Made by a program: the position numbers and the translations under genes
Notes under the pieces: generated by a model
What the model was told of the DNA's origin: nothing
Seen by the model: the letters and a program-made list of their open reading frames with translations, nothing else
The model's database searches: none
Shown here: one piece after another, positions 24,778-34,600 of the stretch
Layout of the letters: every line of letters begins with the position of its first letter
Position numbering within the stretch: the stretch's first letter is position 1
NCBI GenBank assembly: GCA_038890745.1
Contig: JAWAFD010000002.1
Span: 163,327 to 227,326, forward strand
Origin: Candidatus Anstonellales archaeon
Lineage (GTDB): Archaea; Micrarchaeota; Micrarchaeia; Anstonellales; J096
Direction: 5' to 3'
Length of the DNA stretch: 64,000 nt

Positions 24778-27597
24778 ATGCGGGTGGGCATGAGAATAGA
24801 ATTCATCGTCCTGTCTTTACTTGTTCTTTTAGCCAGTACGTATGCTATCTCAGACTGTCAACAAATAACCGGAGAAAACCTTTCTCTTACTCTGGATAAC
24901 AACATAGACGCACAGGGGAATGATTGTTTTTACATACAAGGAATAAACATAACCCTGGATTGCAGAAACTACCTTATTTATAACGCTTCCACTGCAATTT
25001 TAGTAAACAACTCCCACATGATAAATATATCCAGGTGTAAAATAGAAAATTCAACAAATGGTATCATTCTTCAAGTCCAGACCCCAACAGGCTATCCCGA
25101 ATACCAAGATCAGTTAGTAAGAAGAAATACTTCGGCCATTCTAACCAGCATTACAATAAACAATGTAACAAATGGAATTCTCATGAACAGAACCCATCAG
25201 AATACGATAAGGTTCGCAAACATAAGAAATTCCCAGAATGCCATTTCCTTATTCTATTCTTATGCAAACATTATAGAAAATTCAACAATTCAAAACAACC
25301 AGCTTGGTATTTTCATATATGATGCTGCCGCCAACGGCTCGCAGGCAAACGCAACCCCAATACTCGCAAAAGCAAAAGGTAAAGGAGTTAAAAGCGTGGA
25401 CCCAGAGCCAGTAAACGACACTACTGTAATCCGAGGAAAGTACGGAAGCATAGTAAGGCACTGTACTTTTCAGAACAATTCTATAGGAATAGTTTTGAAT
25501 CAAACAGCAAACAATTCATTCTACAACAATCTATTCAACAACACCCAAAATGTTCTTTCAGATTCGTCTTCCAGCAATTTTGTTAATTACTGGAACTCTT
25601 CCTATGACTGCTCTCAAAGAAGCATAATAAACGGAATGTGCAGAGGAGGGAACTATTGGAATGATTATTATGGGTATGATGATGGAACTGGTTCTCCTCC
25701 TCATGATGTTTATTTTGATGATATTGGCGATACCCTTCTTCCATACATTCCAAACGGAGAAATTTCTGGGGATGAGCTTCCACTAACAAAAAACCTCCCA
25801 CCAGATTGGGTTGCGTATTGTAGACAGATTACCCAGCCAGGAACATATACACAAAAAAGAAACATCTATGGTGTTATCTCATCCTCAAACAAGAAGTGCA
25901 TAGAGGTTTTGGCTGACAACGTTACCCTCAACTGCGCCGGCTTCAACATCACAGATAACACGACCTATACAGATAGTTATGGAATTTACATTTCAAACTA
26001 CAACAATTTAACAGTTGCAAACTGTACTGTCCTTAATTACACAACCGGCTATTATGACAGAAATTCTTTCTATGGTGCCCTTTACAGAAATAACTTCTCA
26101 AACGACAGATACAATCTTTATTTTGATGTGGACACCTCGCCCTACCCAAACCAAACAGAACCATTCCTTAAAACGATCACAACAGACAACTATGTTTATG
26201 GAAGAAAAGTATATTACTTCATCAACGGCCGAACTCCTGATGGCTACACTTGGCCTCCTCCTTATGATGCAGGATTTGTTGCACTGGTTAATGGCCAGAA
26301 TATTGTTGCAACCGGCTACGATCTATACAACAACAGTCCAGAGATGATTTTTGTAAATATCTCCAACCTTGAAATAAAAGAGAACAAAATATGGAAATCC
26401 GGCGTTGGTGCATACGTTCTTTTCAGCGAGAATGTTTATGTAAAAAACAACAATTTCACAAACAACAGCCTATACGAGATTTTCATTACCTACTCAAATT
26501 ACACAAACATAACCAAAAACCTTTTCTACAACACTTCAGGATATTCAATACTACTTTACAGATGCGACAATAACGATATTTTCCTAAACAATGGAACAAA
26601 CTCAGGGTATCTAATTTCAGTTGCGTATGCAAACAACAGTTTAGCTCACGATAATTATGCAAACTATACGTCAGGCGGAATATGGTTCTCATATTCTACG
26701 TACAACAAAATATATTCAAATGAGCTCTGGCTTGTGTGCGGAGGGCAGGCAGTAATAGGAAGCTCAAACGTTAATTACACTTTTGTCTTTTCTAATACCG
26801 GAAGCAGCCGATGCACATCCACACATCAATTTATATATATAGTTGGCACCAACCCGTCCCCTTCATGGGCGTACTACGGTGAGGTATATAACAATACAAT
26901 CAAAAGATATCCCGGCGGAGTTACGTGGAATTCTGGGATTCATATAAACCGGGCGGGGTATTTAGTTGTCCATGATAATTACATTGAGGATGTACGGTAT
27001 AGTGGTAATAGCGTTGGCATTCAGTTTCCATACGGAGCCGGTCATATTACTTATAACAACACAGTGATAAATGCCAGCAAATGTATGAGGGCGTTCATCT
27101 CAAATTCCGAAACATCAAACAATACGTTCCGATACTGCGATATTGGTATAACGCTTGAATTTGCTACAGGCAATAGAATATACAATAACATGATACTGGA
27201 TAGCATTACATATGGTTATGATGATTATATCAATGGCAATTGGTGGAGCCTTGGTCATATAAACTGCTCCCGTGGGCCGAATATAATCGGTGGTCCATGT
27301 TGGGGAGGAAACTTTTATGGAAACTATTCCGGATGCGATTCTAATGGCGATGGGATAGGAGAGACGTCCTATCCAATAAATGGTAGTGCTTATGCCGTAG
27401 ACCCATACCCTCTTACAAACACCCCATGCAAATCTCAACCTCCACCCATTAAAGAACCAACCGAAATCAAACCCATTCAACCATCCCCAAAGCCTCTTCC
27501 CGCTCCGTCTGAGAAGAAAGACAGAAAACAGAACTCAACCTCTATTTCTGTAAATTCTACTGAAATTTCTTTACCAAGTTCCATCCCCATACACTAA
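24778..27597 (+). CDS. secreted right-handed parallel beta-helix (NosD/CASH/PbH1-type) surface protein
   Basis: It has a hydrophobic N-terminus and many ~22-aa Asn-rich rungs. It carries two cap motifs, GGNYWNDYYGYDDGTGSPPHDVYFDDIGDTLLPY and GGNFYGNYSGCDSNGDGIGETSYP, and a Pro-rich tail. Sequons are very dense. Confidence 0.8.
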   Translation: MRVGMRIEFIVLSLLVLLASTYAISDCQQITGENLSLTLDNNIDAQGNDCFYIQGINITLDCRNYLIYNASTAILVNNSHMINISRCKIENSTNGIILQVQTPTGYPEYQDQLVRRNTSAILTSITINNVTNGILMNRTHQNTIRFANIRNSQNAISLFYSYANIIENSTIQNNQLGIFIYDAAANGSQANATPILAKAKGKGVKSVDPEPVNDTTVIRGKYGSIVRHCTFQNNSIGIVLNQTANNSFYNNLFNNTQNVLSDSSSSNFVNYWNSSYDCSQRSIINGMCRGGNYWNDYYGYDDGTGSPPHDVYFDDIGDTLLPYIPNGEISGDELPLTKNLPPDWVAYCRQITQPGTYTQKRNIYGVISSSNKKCIEVLADNVTLNCAGFNITDNTTYTDSYGIYISNYNNLTVANCTVLNYTTGYYDRNSFYGALYRNNFSNDRYNLYFDVDTSPYPNQTEPFLKTITTDNYVYGRKVYYFINGRTPDGYTWPPPYDAGFVALVNGQNIVATGYDLYNNSPEMIFVNISNLEIKENKIWKSGVGAYVLFSENVYVKNNNFTNNSLYEIFITYSNYTNITKNLFYNTSGYSILLYRCDNNDIFLNNGTNSGYLISVAYANNSLAHDNYANYTSGGIWFSYSTYNKIYSNELWLVCGGQAVIGSSNVNYTFVFSNTGSSRCTSTHQFIYIVGTNPSPSWAYYGEVYNNTIKRYPGGVTWNSGIHINRAGYLVVHDNYIEDVRYSGNSVGIQFPYGAGHITYNNTVINASKCMRAFISNSETSNNTFRYCDIGITLEFATGNRIYNNMILDSITYGYDDYINGNWWSLGHINCSRGPNIIGGPCWGGNFYGNYSGCDSNGDGIGETSYPINGSAYAVDPYPLTNTPCKSQPPPIKEPTEIKPIQPSPKPLPAPSEKKDRKQNSTSISVNSTEISLPSSIPIH

Positions 27598-27650
27598 AAT
27601 AGTTCATATTTATGTTTTTTTGTATTTTTTCGAGAGAGATTGCGCGAAAC

Positions 27651-27660
27651 CTTTTTAAAC
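27651..27660 (+). promoter_or_regulatory. TATA-box-like CTTTTTAAAC upstream of the 237-aa module gene
   Basis: The box lies ~25-35 nt upstream of GTG 27683 / ATG 27692, and AGGTGA SD-like sequence sits at 27681-27686. Confidence 0.45.
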
Positions 27661-27682
27661 TTTATGGTAGACATTTCAGCAG

Positions 27683-28396
27683 GTGAAAAGGATGAATGGA
27701 AAATATCTCTTGATAGGCTTTATGGCTCTCTTAGTCCTAGCAGGAATAGTGGCGGCCAGTACACCAATAAACGCAAGCGTTTCGGCAGGACCGCAGCAAA
27801 GATACGCAATACCACATGGTGCAGCAGGTTCTGTTACGACTGAAGGTGGAAACGTAACACAAGTAAACCTTACGGGTACGAACTCCTCTACAGAAAGATG
27901 GGCTGGCTTCTACGGAAACCTTACGGGTTCCAACTTGGTACTCGGTGACAGCTCCGGCAATGCATTCTACGCATGGGCAGTTGGTAATCCAAACGAACTT
28001 TGGAAGGTCTACGCTTCTACCCAGAATGATGTTAACTGGGCAAACCTTGCTGCTGGTCAATGCGAAGCGGGTACGAATGTGTACAATTGGGTGTTCAATG
28101 GTGCCTGGGCAGACAACTATACAAATACATTCACACATTCAGGAGCAGACACATTTGCAGATGCTACAATAACTGCAAACTATACATTGACCTATGAGCA
28201 TAACGGTGCTGAAACTTGGCCGACATACCATCTCCAGGATGGTACAGGAACTGATGATGATGTGTGGGCAGCAAAAGTTTTAACCACTGCAACTGCATTC
28301 AATGACGCAGCAGGTGTTGTGTACCAGCTCATGGTTCCTGCAAACCCAGCGGATAACACTTACGTGACCTATTACTTCTTCCTAGAAATAAACTAA
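27683..28396 (+). CDS. secreted stand-alone copy of the WAGFYGN-type module (candidate abundant surface or fibre subunit)
   Basis: The signal peptide is ..KYLLIGFMALLVLAGIVAAS. The mature part, TTEGGNVTQVNLTGTNSSTERWAGFYGNLTGSNLVLGD...YQLMVPAN...YVTYYFFLEIN, aligns by eye with the C-termini of the 3957- and 1563-aa proteins. The gene has its own TATA-like box and a T-rich terminator. Confidence 0.75.
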   Translation: MKRMNGKYLLIGFMALLVLAGIVAASTPINASVSAGPQQRYAIPHGAAGSVTTEGGNVTQVNLTGTNSSTERWAGFYGNLTGSNLVLGDSSGNAFYAWAVGNPNELWKVYASTQNDVNWANLAAGQCEAGTNVYNWVFNGAWADNYTNTFTHSGADTFADATITANYTLTYEHNGAETWPTYHLQDGTGTDDDVWAAKVLTTATAFNDAAGVVYQLMVPANPADNTYVTYYFFLEIN

Positions 28397-28410
28397 TCCG
28401 AGAGCCATTC

Positions 28411-28436
28411 TTCCTCTTTTTTCTTTTTTTCCTTCT
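28411..28436 (+). terminator. T-rich terminator-like tract (TTCCTCTTTTTTCTTTTTTTCC)
   Basis: It lies 15 nt after the stop codon. The same CTTTTTTCTTTTTT-type tract follows the genes ending at 49135 and 61122. Confidence 0.45.
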
Positions 28437-28449
28437 TGATGCTGCATTT

Positions 28450-28503
28450 GTCGAAAAAATGAACAAAAATATTTGAATTCTGTCCAAAATTTCGACAACT
28501 TTT
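28450..28503. repeat. 54-bp direct repeat, left copy (GTCGAAAAAATGAACAAAAATATTTGAATTCTGTCCAAAATTTCGACAACTTTT)
   Basis: It is perfectly identical to 29741-29794. Its ends form a 7-bp inverted repeat (GTCGAAA / TTTCGAC). Confidence 0.95.
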
Positions 28504-28529
28504 TAAACCTTTCCCCATCCAAATCTCTC

Positions 28530-29741
28530 ATGGAAAACGAACGTATTTTTGAAAAATTATCGCTTGTCTTCACAACAAACCTTAGGATGGCAGAAAGTTT
28601 AGAGTACAAGAGATTTCTCTACCCTGTTTTAAAAAGCAAGATAGTAAAGAATAAGCTTATTCTACTTTATGGAGTAAGGGGGACGGGAAAAACAACCCTT
28701 ATGCTTCAGGTTGCATCTGAACTAATGAAAGAGGGAAAAAGAGTTTTTTATTTTCCTCTTGATCATTGGGTATTCTCCCTTTCAACTTTTTATGATTTTG
28801 TTGAGTTTCTATATAAAAAAGGAATAGAATATATTTTTGTCGATGAGGTGCACAAATACCCGAATTGGGTTCAAGAGATTAAAAATATATATGATGGGTT
28901 GGATGTGAAAATTCTTGCTAGCGGCTCAAACCCCTCTTTAATAATAAAGGGAAAATATGACCTTTCTAGACGGGTAATAGATCTTCAACTCCCCCCGCTT
29001 TCTTACAGGGAGTATATCGAAATGAAAACAGGAAAAAAATACATACCGCTTACGCTTGAAAAAATAGTAAATGAATGGGATTCTGTCCAGCGGACGTATC
29101 CATATGTTGATATTAGCGAATACATGCAGTACTCTATGCCATTTTTCCTAAGTACTGAAAGAGAGGAGTATGAAAAGAGTGTGATGAACATAGTTGAGAA
29201 AGTTGTCTATGAAGACCTTCTCTCGTATAATTTCAACACTACAACCATTCTTCATGCAAAATCGATCCTTGGGTACATAGCTTCCAACCCTGCTGGTGAG
29301 GTTAGCATTTCTTCAATAAGTGGAAGAATTGATGGTATGAGCAAGGGTAGTGTTGGTGAAGTTCTGAAAGCATTTGAAAGTATAGGGCTTATTCATTCTG
29401 TTCCTTCTTTGGTGCATGGTAAAGGTTTGCTTAGGCCCAACAAGAAATACTATCTTTCTCCTCCGTTCAGATGGTTTATATGCAAAATGAGTGGAAGGGA
29501 TTCAGATATAGGTAGCCTGAGGGAGGATTTTTTTGTTTCTCATCTTTTCAACAGGAAGGTGGAGTATCCTTCTGAGAAGGGTGAGCCTGATTTTATTGTG
29601 GATAGAAAATATGTTTTTGAGATTGGAGGAAAAACAAAGACAAAAAAGCAAATAATTGGAAAAAAGAATGCGTTTTTGGTAAAGGATGTAATGTTTTCGT
29701 ATGATTCTATTCCGCTGTTTCTGTTTGGCTACCTTTATTAG
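28530..29741 (+). CDS. orphan AAA-type ATPase (COG1373-like, P-loop plus DUF4143-like domain with a PD-(D/E)xK-like motif)
   Basis: Walker A is LLYGVRGTGKTTL and Walker B is EYIFVDEVH. The C-terminal GEPDFIVDRKYVFEIGGK fits a D...E-x-K nuclease-like pattern. The likely start is ATG 28530; the ORF track starts at a TTG inside the repeat. Confidence 0.75.
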   Translation: MENERIFEKLSLVFTTNLRMAESLEYKRFLYPVLKSKIVKNKLILLYGVRGTGKTTLMLQVASELMKEGKRVFYFPLDHWVFSLSTFYDFVEFLYKKGIEYIFVDEVHKYPNWVQEIKNIYDGLDVKILASGSNPSLIIKGKYDLSRRVIDLQLPPLSYREYIEMKTGKKYIPLTLEKIVNEWDSVQRTYPYVDISEYMQYSMPFFLSTEREEYEKSVMNIVEKVVYEDLLSYNFNTTTILHAKSILGYIASNPAGEVSISSISGRIDGMSKGSVGEVLKAFESIGLIHSVPSLVHGKGLLRPNKKYYLSPPFRWFICKMSGRDSDIGSLREDFFVSHLFNRKVEYPSEKGEPDFIVDRKYVFEIGGKTKTKKQIIGKKNAFLVKDVMFSYDSIPLFLFGYLY

Positions 29742-29794
29742 TCGAAAAAATGAACAAAAATATTTGAATTCTGTCCAAAATTTCGACAACTTTT
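29741..29794. repeat. 54-bp direct repeat, right copy
   Basis: Identical to 28450-28503. Confidence 0.95.
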
Positions 29795-29873
29795 GGTATC
29801 CCGACCCTGAACGACGAAGAACAAAAGCCAACCTTTTTATACCTATCCTCGCAATTTTCCTTGGGTGTGATGC

Positions 29874-31631
29874 ATGAATGCGAAAGTGCTATTAGTTATA
29901 TTAGCGTTGGTTCTGACGCTGGTTAACCCTACGCAATATGTAACCAACTCGAAGGATTGGAGGGATGTCTACCTGACCCTGCATTTTGCAGACCTTTCCG
30001 GAGAACAATCATTTTTTATCCGGAATGAGCTGCACGGAACAAAGGTTCTTCCTTACTTTATAAGCAAAAGCGAACCGGTAGTAATAGTTGAATCAGAAAC
30101 AGAACCATACGTACCAGATTACGAATCCTACCTAAGAACCCTCGGATTTAAAAATGTAACAACATTAAAGACCCAACACCCATACATTCTTCAGGAACAA
30201 TTTTTAGAAATGCTAAAAAATAACAGCGTTCCTTTAACAGGTTTTGTTCTTATTGATGATGCTTATGGATATGATGCGGTAAGCGTTGCCCAGTATGCTT
30301 TCAAATACAAAAAATGGGTTTTGTTCACAACCAAAGAAAACAGGAACAGGATTTCATCTCTTTTGGAAGCAAACCCTGGCTATTCCATTCTTTTCTACGG
30401 ACACATGCGAAGAGAAATCGCAGATACCCTTTCAAAATTTAATGTTGAAAAAATAGACAACCAGAGCAGGTTCAAAAATAATATGGAGCTTGCGGAAAGG
30501 ATGGTTAAGACAATAAATAGCCAGCAGATTCTTCTTACAAGCGGCGAGTACATAGAGCACGAGATCATGACCGGTGGGGATGGGAACGAAGTAATTCTTT
30601 TTGTTTCTTCAGACCGCTACCCGGAGGATATAATAAATTTCATACGAAAGCACAACATAAAATATGTTATCGTAGTTGGAAATGAGCTCATAAACACAGC
30701 AAGGGAGGTTAGGGAAGCGATGGGAGGAGAGATTACAGTAATAGCAAAGTATGGAATGGGTTTTGTGGGAGTTGCAGAACTGCAGGGCCAGATATATGCG
30801 TTGGACCTTTTCTACCTACCAAAATATCAGTTTAACCTTACTCCCATATCCGCAGTGTACAATCCTACTGCAAAAGAGCTTTACATCCGATTCAAAAACA
30901 ACGGAAATGTAGGGAATTATTTCTACACTTCTGCGCCCATTGTTTTTGAGGATAGAACGATCACAACTGTAATAGATAAAGAAAACCAATACCTAGAGCC
31001 AGGTGATGAGAAGGTAATAGTCTACAGCGTGGATCTAACAGATTATATCAACAAAAAAATGTATGCACACCTTTATACTAAATATGGTGAGTCGCCTTAT
31101 GATATGATGTATTATGTGCTTGAACCGGGAGCGGTGAGACCACCGTATAAACTACCGATTCTTGTTCAAGAATTTGTTGATAATTCAGAGCTTGAGATAA
31201 CAGATGGTTGGTACGATGACTTCTCAAAAGAATACATAATTCAAGTAAGCAACGTAGGTCCTGTTGATGCATACGCTAGAGGAGAGCTTAGAAATATTAT
31301 AATAGATGGTATTCCAACAACAAAAATCCAGAACGGCACGACTTTTATAAGAAAAGGAGAGACCTCTTCCATTCCAATAAAATTAGAGTTAACGGAAGAG
31401 GATAAAGAGGTCAATAAGGTTGTCCATACCGTAGTCTACTACGGTGAAAAAGAGGATACTTTGATAAAAAGAGCAGAGAAGGATATTGAGCTAAAAGGAA
31501 ATCCATGCATCCCGTCCATATTGTTGATAGTACTGCTGTTGATAGCTCTTATCATCGGCTACTATGTATGGAGAAAGAGAAAGGGGCATCATAGGGCAAA
31601 GGCTCACCACGAACACGCAGAAAGTAAGTAG
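29874..31631 (+). CDS. secreted protein with a C-terminal TM anchor and basic/His-rich tail; N-terminal part with three alpha/beta repeats, C-terminal beta-sandwich-like region
   Basis: The signal peptide is MNAKVLLVILALVLTLVNP. The C-terminus is IPSILLIVLLLIALIIGYYVWRKRKGHHRAKAHHEHAESK. The repeated pattern (..DWRDVYLTLHFADLSG.., ..GYDAVSVAQYAFKYKKWVLFT.., ..ILFVSSDRYPEDIINFIRKHNIKYVIVVGN..) is reminiscent of cell-wall-binding-repeat-2 domains; that assignment is a low-confidence inference. Confidence 0.65.
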   Translation: MNAKVLLVILALVLTLVNPTQYVTNSKDWRDVYLTLHFADLSGEQSFFIRNELHGTKVLPYFISKSEPVVIVESETEPYVPDYESYLRTLGFKNVTTLKTQHPYILQEQFLEMLKNNSVPLTGFVLIDDAYGYDAVSVAQYAFKYKKWVLFTTKENRNRISSLLEANPGYSILFYGHMRREIADTLSKFNVEKIDNQSRFKNNMELAERMVKTINSQQILLTSGEYIEHEIMTGGDGNEVILFVSSDRYPEDIINFIRKHNIKYVIVVGNELINTAREVREAMGGEITVIAKYGMGFVGVAELQGQIYALDLFYLPKYQFNLTPISAVYNPTAKELYIRFKNNGNVGNYFYTSAPIVFEDRTITTVIDKENQYLEPGDEKVIVYSVDLTDYINKKMYAHLYTKYGESPYDMMYYVLEPGAVRPPYKLPILVQEFVDNSELEITDGWYDDFSKEYIIQVSNVGPVDAYARGELRNIIIDGIPTTKIQNGTTFIRKGETSSIPIKLELTEEDKEVNKVVHTVVYYGEKEDTLIKRAEKDIELKGNPCIPSILLIVLLLIALIIGYYVWRKRKGHHRAKAHHEHAESK

Positions 31632-34600
31632 TGGTGGAGATGAATAAAAAAACAGCTGTTGCTCTGCTTGTTGCGATTGCGCTAGTGTTTGCTCTAACCA
31701 GCGAATACTCTATTTCCATCGACCGCTCAGAGTACTATGTTGGGGAAGCAGTAAACATTACAGTTACTATGCCCCTGAAGGTTTATGCAGTAAAGCTTTA
31801 CATAACGCTTCCCTCAAATGAGACTGAGGAAACCCCTGCTATAAGATGCCGTACCGGCCTATGCCTGTACCAGTATTTCCCGGATCAACCCGGCCATTAT
31901 ATAGTTGGTTTGTTTGACAGAAACATTTCGGTTGAGTTTGATGTTCTGCGGAATGAGAATGAAACAGCTCCTCCCCTGATTAACATCACACCCACCCTCC
32001 CCAGACTTTCTTACTATGATGAAAGAACAAACCTTACCTTCTTCTACTATCTCATCCCAACAGAGGAGGGATACGGAGACCTTATAATAGAAAATATCAC
32101 TCCCCATCTTCCAGCTCTTGTTCTTAACAATTTCTCTCTAAATTCTTCGCTATTCATCCATGCCTATGAGCTTAATATTTCAGAAAACCAAACCATTCTT
32201 AAAATAAAAAATTATTCCCAAAACATAAGTGAAAATATTTCTACGGAAGCAACCAACATTACAGAAAATCTTACGGAAAACATAACCGAAAATACTAGTG
32301 AAGAAATCGCGCTGGAAATAACGGAAACAAAAAACACCACAGAAGAAAACTTTTCTGAAATCATCAACGAAAACAACACAGGTTTAAACGAGACAGAAAA
32401 TATCACTGAAAATTTAACTGAAATAGAAAGCGAGACAGAGATCAGGAATCTTTACAATGTTATTTTTGTGAATCTTTCCGGCACGAACTTTTCCTATGCA
32501 GAATACTACATTCTATTGGAATACGATACTCTTCTTTCCTGCGTCAATTTTACAAATGAAACCTGCGCGCTCTGGGAAAAAGCAAACTCCACACAAGATG
32601 GAATTTTTGCAATTCTAAACTCAACCTCAGATTTCCTCGTTGCCGGTCAGCTTAACATATCCTATCCATTAGACATATCCGAGAATATTTCCTTGAATGT
32701 TTCGGAAGAGAATATCTCTGAGATAAACATCACTCCTCTTGAGGACGAGGTATACAAACAGCTTGAGATTGTTTTCATAGATATGGGTTTTGATTATTAT
32801 GAGGATTTTTGGACCTATGATTCTGTTGAAGAGGAGGTTCAGGAGCTTTTAATACAGAATGCATTCTTTGTTGTTTATGATGAAAAAGGAGAGGGAAGGA
32901 TACCTGAATACATCATCTCTATGGTTGATGAAAAGCATGCGAATGTTGGTATTTTTAAACCCATCCAATCTGTTCCAGTCATCACATTTTATTCACTCTA
33001 TTTAGATAAAGAGTTGAAAATGAGCGCCTATGATATAAACGACTCTGCGTTTGTTTTAGATACATATTATCTCTTTTATCCGTACGGCATAGTTTATGCT
33101 GAGAAAAAAGGCGAATATCTCTATTCCTGCGAAGATTTTTCCTATGACTACACATGTAGGACAGGGTTTAAAGAACTCAACTATACGCTACAAAAGGGCA
33201 AAGCGGTATTTAACATAACAAAGGAACAAAAACTATTTTTATGGACAGAAAAACCACTTACTATTCCTGGTGGGGAACAAAACGCCACAGAGCTCCTTCC
33301 CTCTATCAATATAAACATTTCAGATACTCGTGGAAAACAAAAAAATTATACCTACGAAATTTTAGAATACACTGGAAGATATGCCTCAGTAACTTTCTAT
33401 TTCTCACCAGAAGAGCGGATTCATTCTATTACGCTTTACAACCTTTCTCTAAGCGGAGAGCCTTTCATATTGTTAGATGAATTTAGTAATAGTATTCTCT
33501 TGGTTGACCTTTCTAACTCTGATTTTGATTATTCTGTTGTGATTGCAAAGGATTATGGAGGAGACCTGTACAAGTGTAAAGAGTTTGATAAAAACTACTC
33601 CTGCTCAGGTGGATGGGAAAAATGGCCTTATTTTGCATCCGGTGGATACATAGTATTTAAACTCCTTCCTGAAGACCCGCTCTTTATTCAAACAATAAAT
33701 CTATCCACAGTAACTACTCTTAACATAATTGATCCGTTCGGCAATCCTGTAAACGGCTCCTATGAGATTTTGGACAATTCAACCGGTCTTGATGTCCAAA
33801 TAAATTTCAACTCCGGCCAGGTTTTGCAACTAACTATTTATGATATCCCAGATGATGGATATTCTCACACAATAGTTGTTGGGGATACTTTTGTAAATGA
33901 TTCAGAAAACAACATGACCAATACTTTTGTAATAGACCTCTCAAACATTTCCTATAATTATTCTAATGTTGTTGCGAGAAATTCTGGAGGAGATTTATAT
34001 AAATGTTCCACATTTTCTTCAAACTTCTCCTGCCTTTCTTCCTGGGAGCTCTATCCATACACAAATAATGGAGTAAATCGTTCGTTTAATTTAACAGAAG
34101 GAGATCCGATGTTTGGATATGAAAAAGAAGGAAACATTTCTATTTTTGATATTACTTCATGTACTGCGATTACAACTTCGGGCTATCACACTCTTGATAA
34201 TAACTTAGTAGGGAATACAAGTAATTCGATAGGTGGCTATTATTATTGTATTGCTATAAGGGTTAGTAATGTTGAGCTTAATTGTCAGAACTACGAGATA
34301 AGAGGAAACTCTGCAGGGAGTACTGTCGGCATAATAATATACGACCCTCCCCTTGCTATCAATCCTTTAACAAATGTTACAGTAAGGAACTGCAATGTCT
34401 TAAACTACTCAAGAAACCTTATGATAGATTCTGCTTTGACAACCGATCATTCTCAAATTACCATCCGAGATTCTAGGTTTAACCTATCTTCTGGCAATTC
34501 AATAAGAGTTGAGGATTGCGATGATTCTAATTTTACGAATTTGGTTGTTGATAGAACAAGCGATGGGGGTATACTATTCCTGACCGATTCTACTAATAAT

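Larger units (their letters stand above)
28450..29794 (+). mobile_element. candidate direct-repeat-bounded ATPase gene cassette
   Basis: A single COG1373-like ATPase gene is bracketed exactly by two perfect 54-bp direct repeats. The right repeat begins at the last base of the stop codon. No recombinase is present in the window. Confidence 0.35.

Noticed and set aside
28382-29831. Two minus-strand ORFs (28382-28609, 29502-29831) sharing the peptide KLSKFWTEFKYFCSFFR
   Set aside because: The shared peptide is just the reverse translation of the 54-bp direct repeat. Neither ORF has a convincing start context, and one overlaps the ATPase gene.
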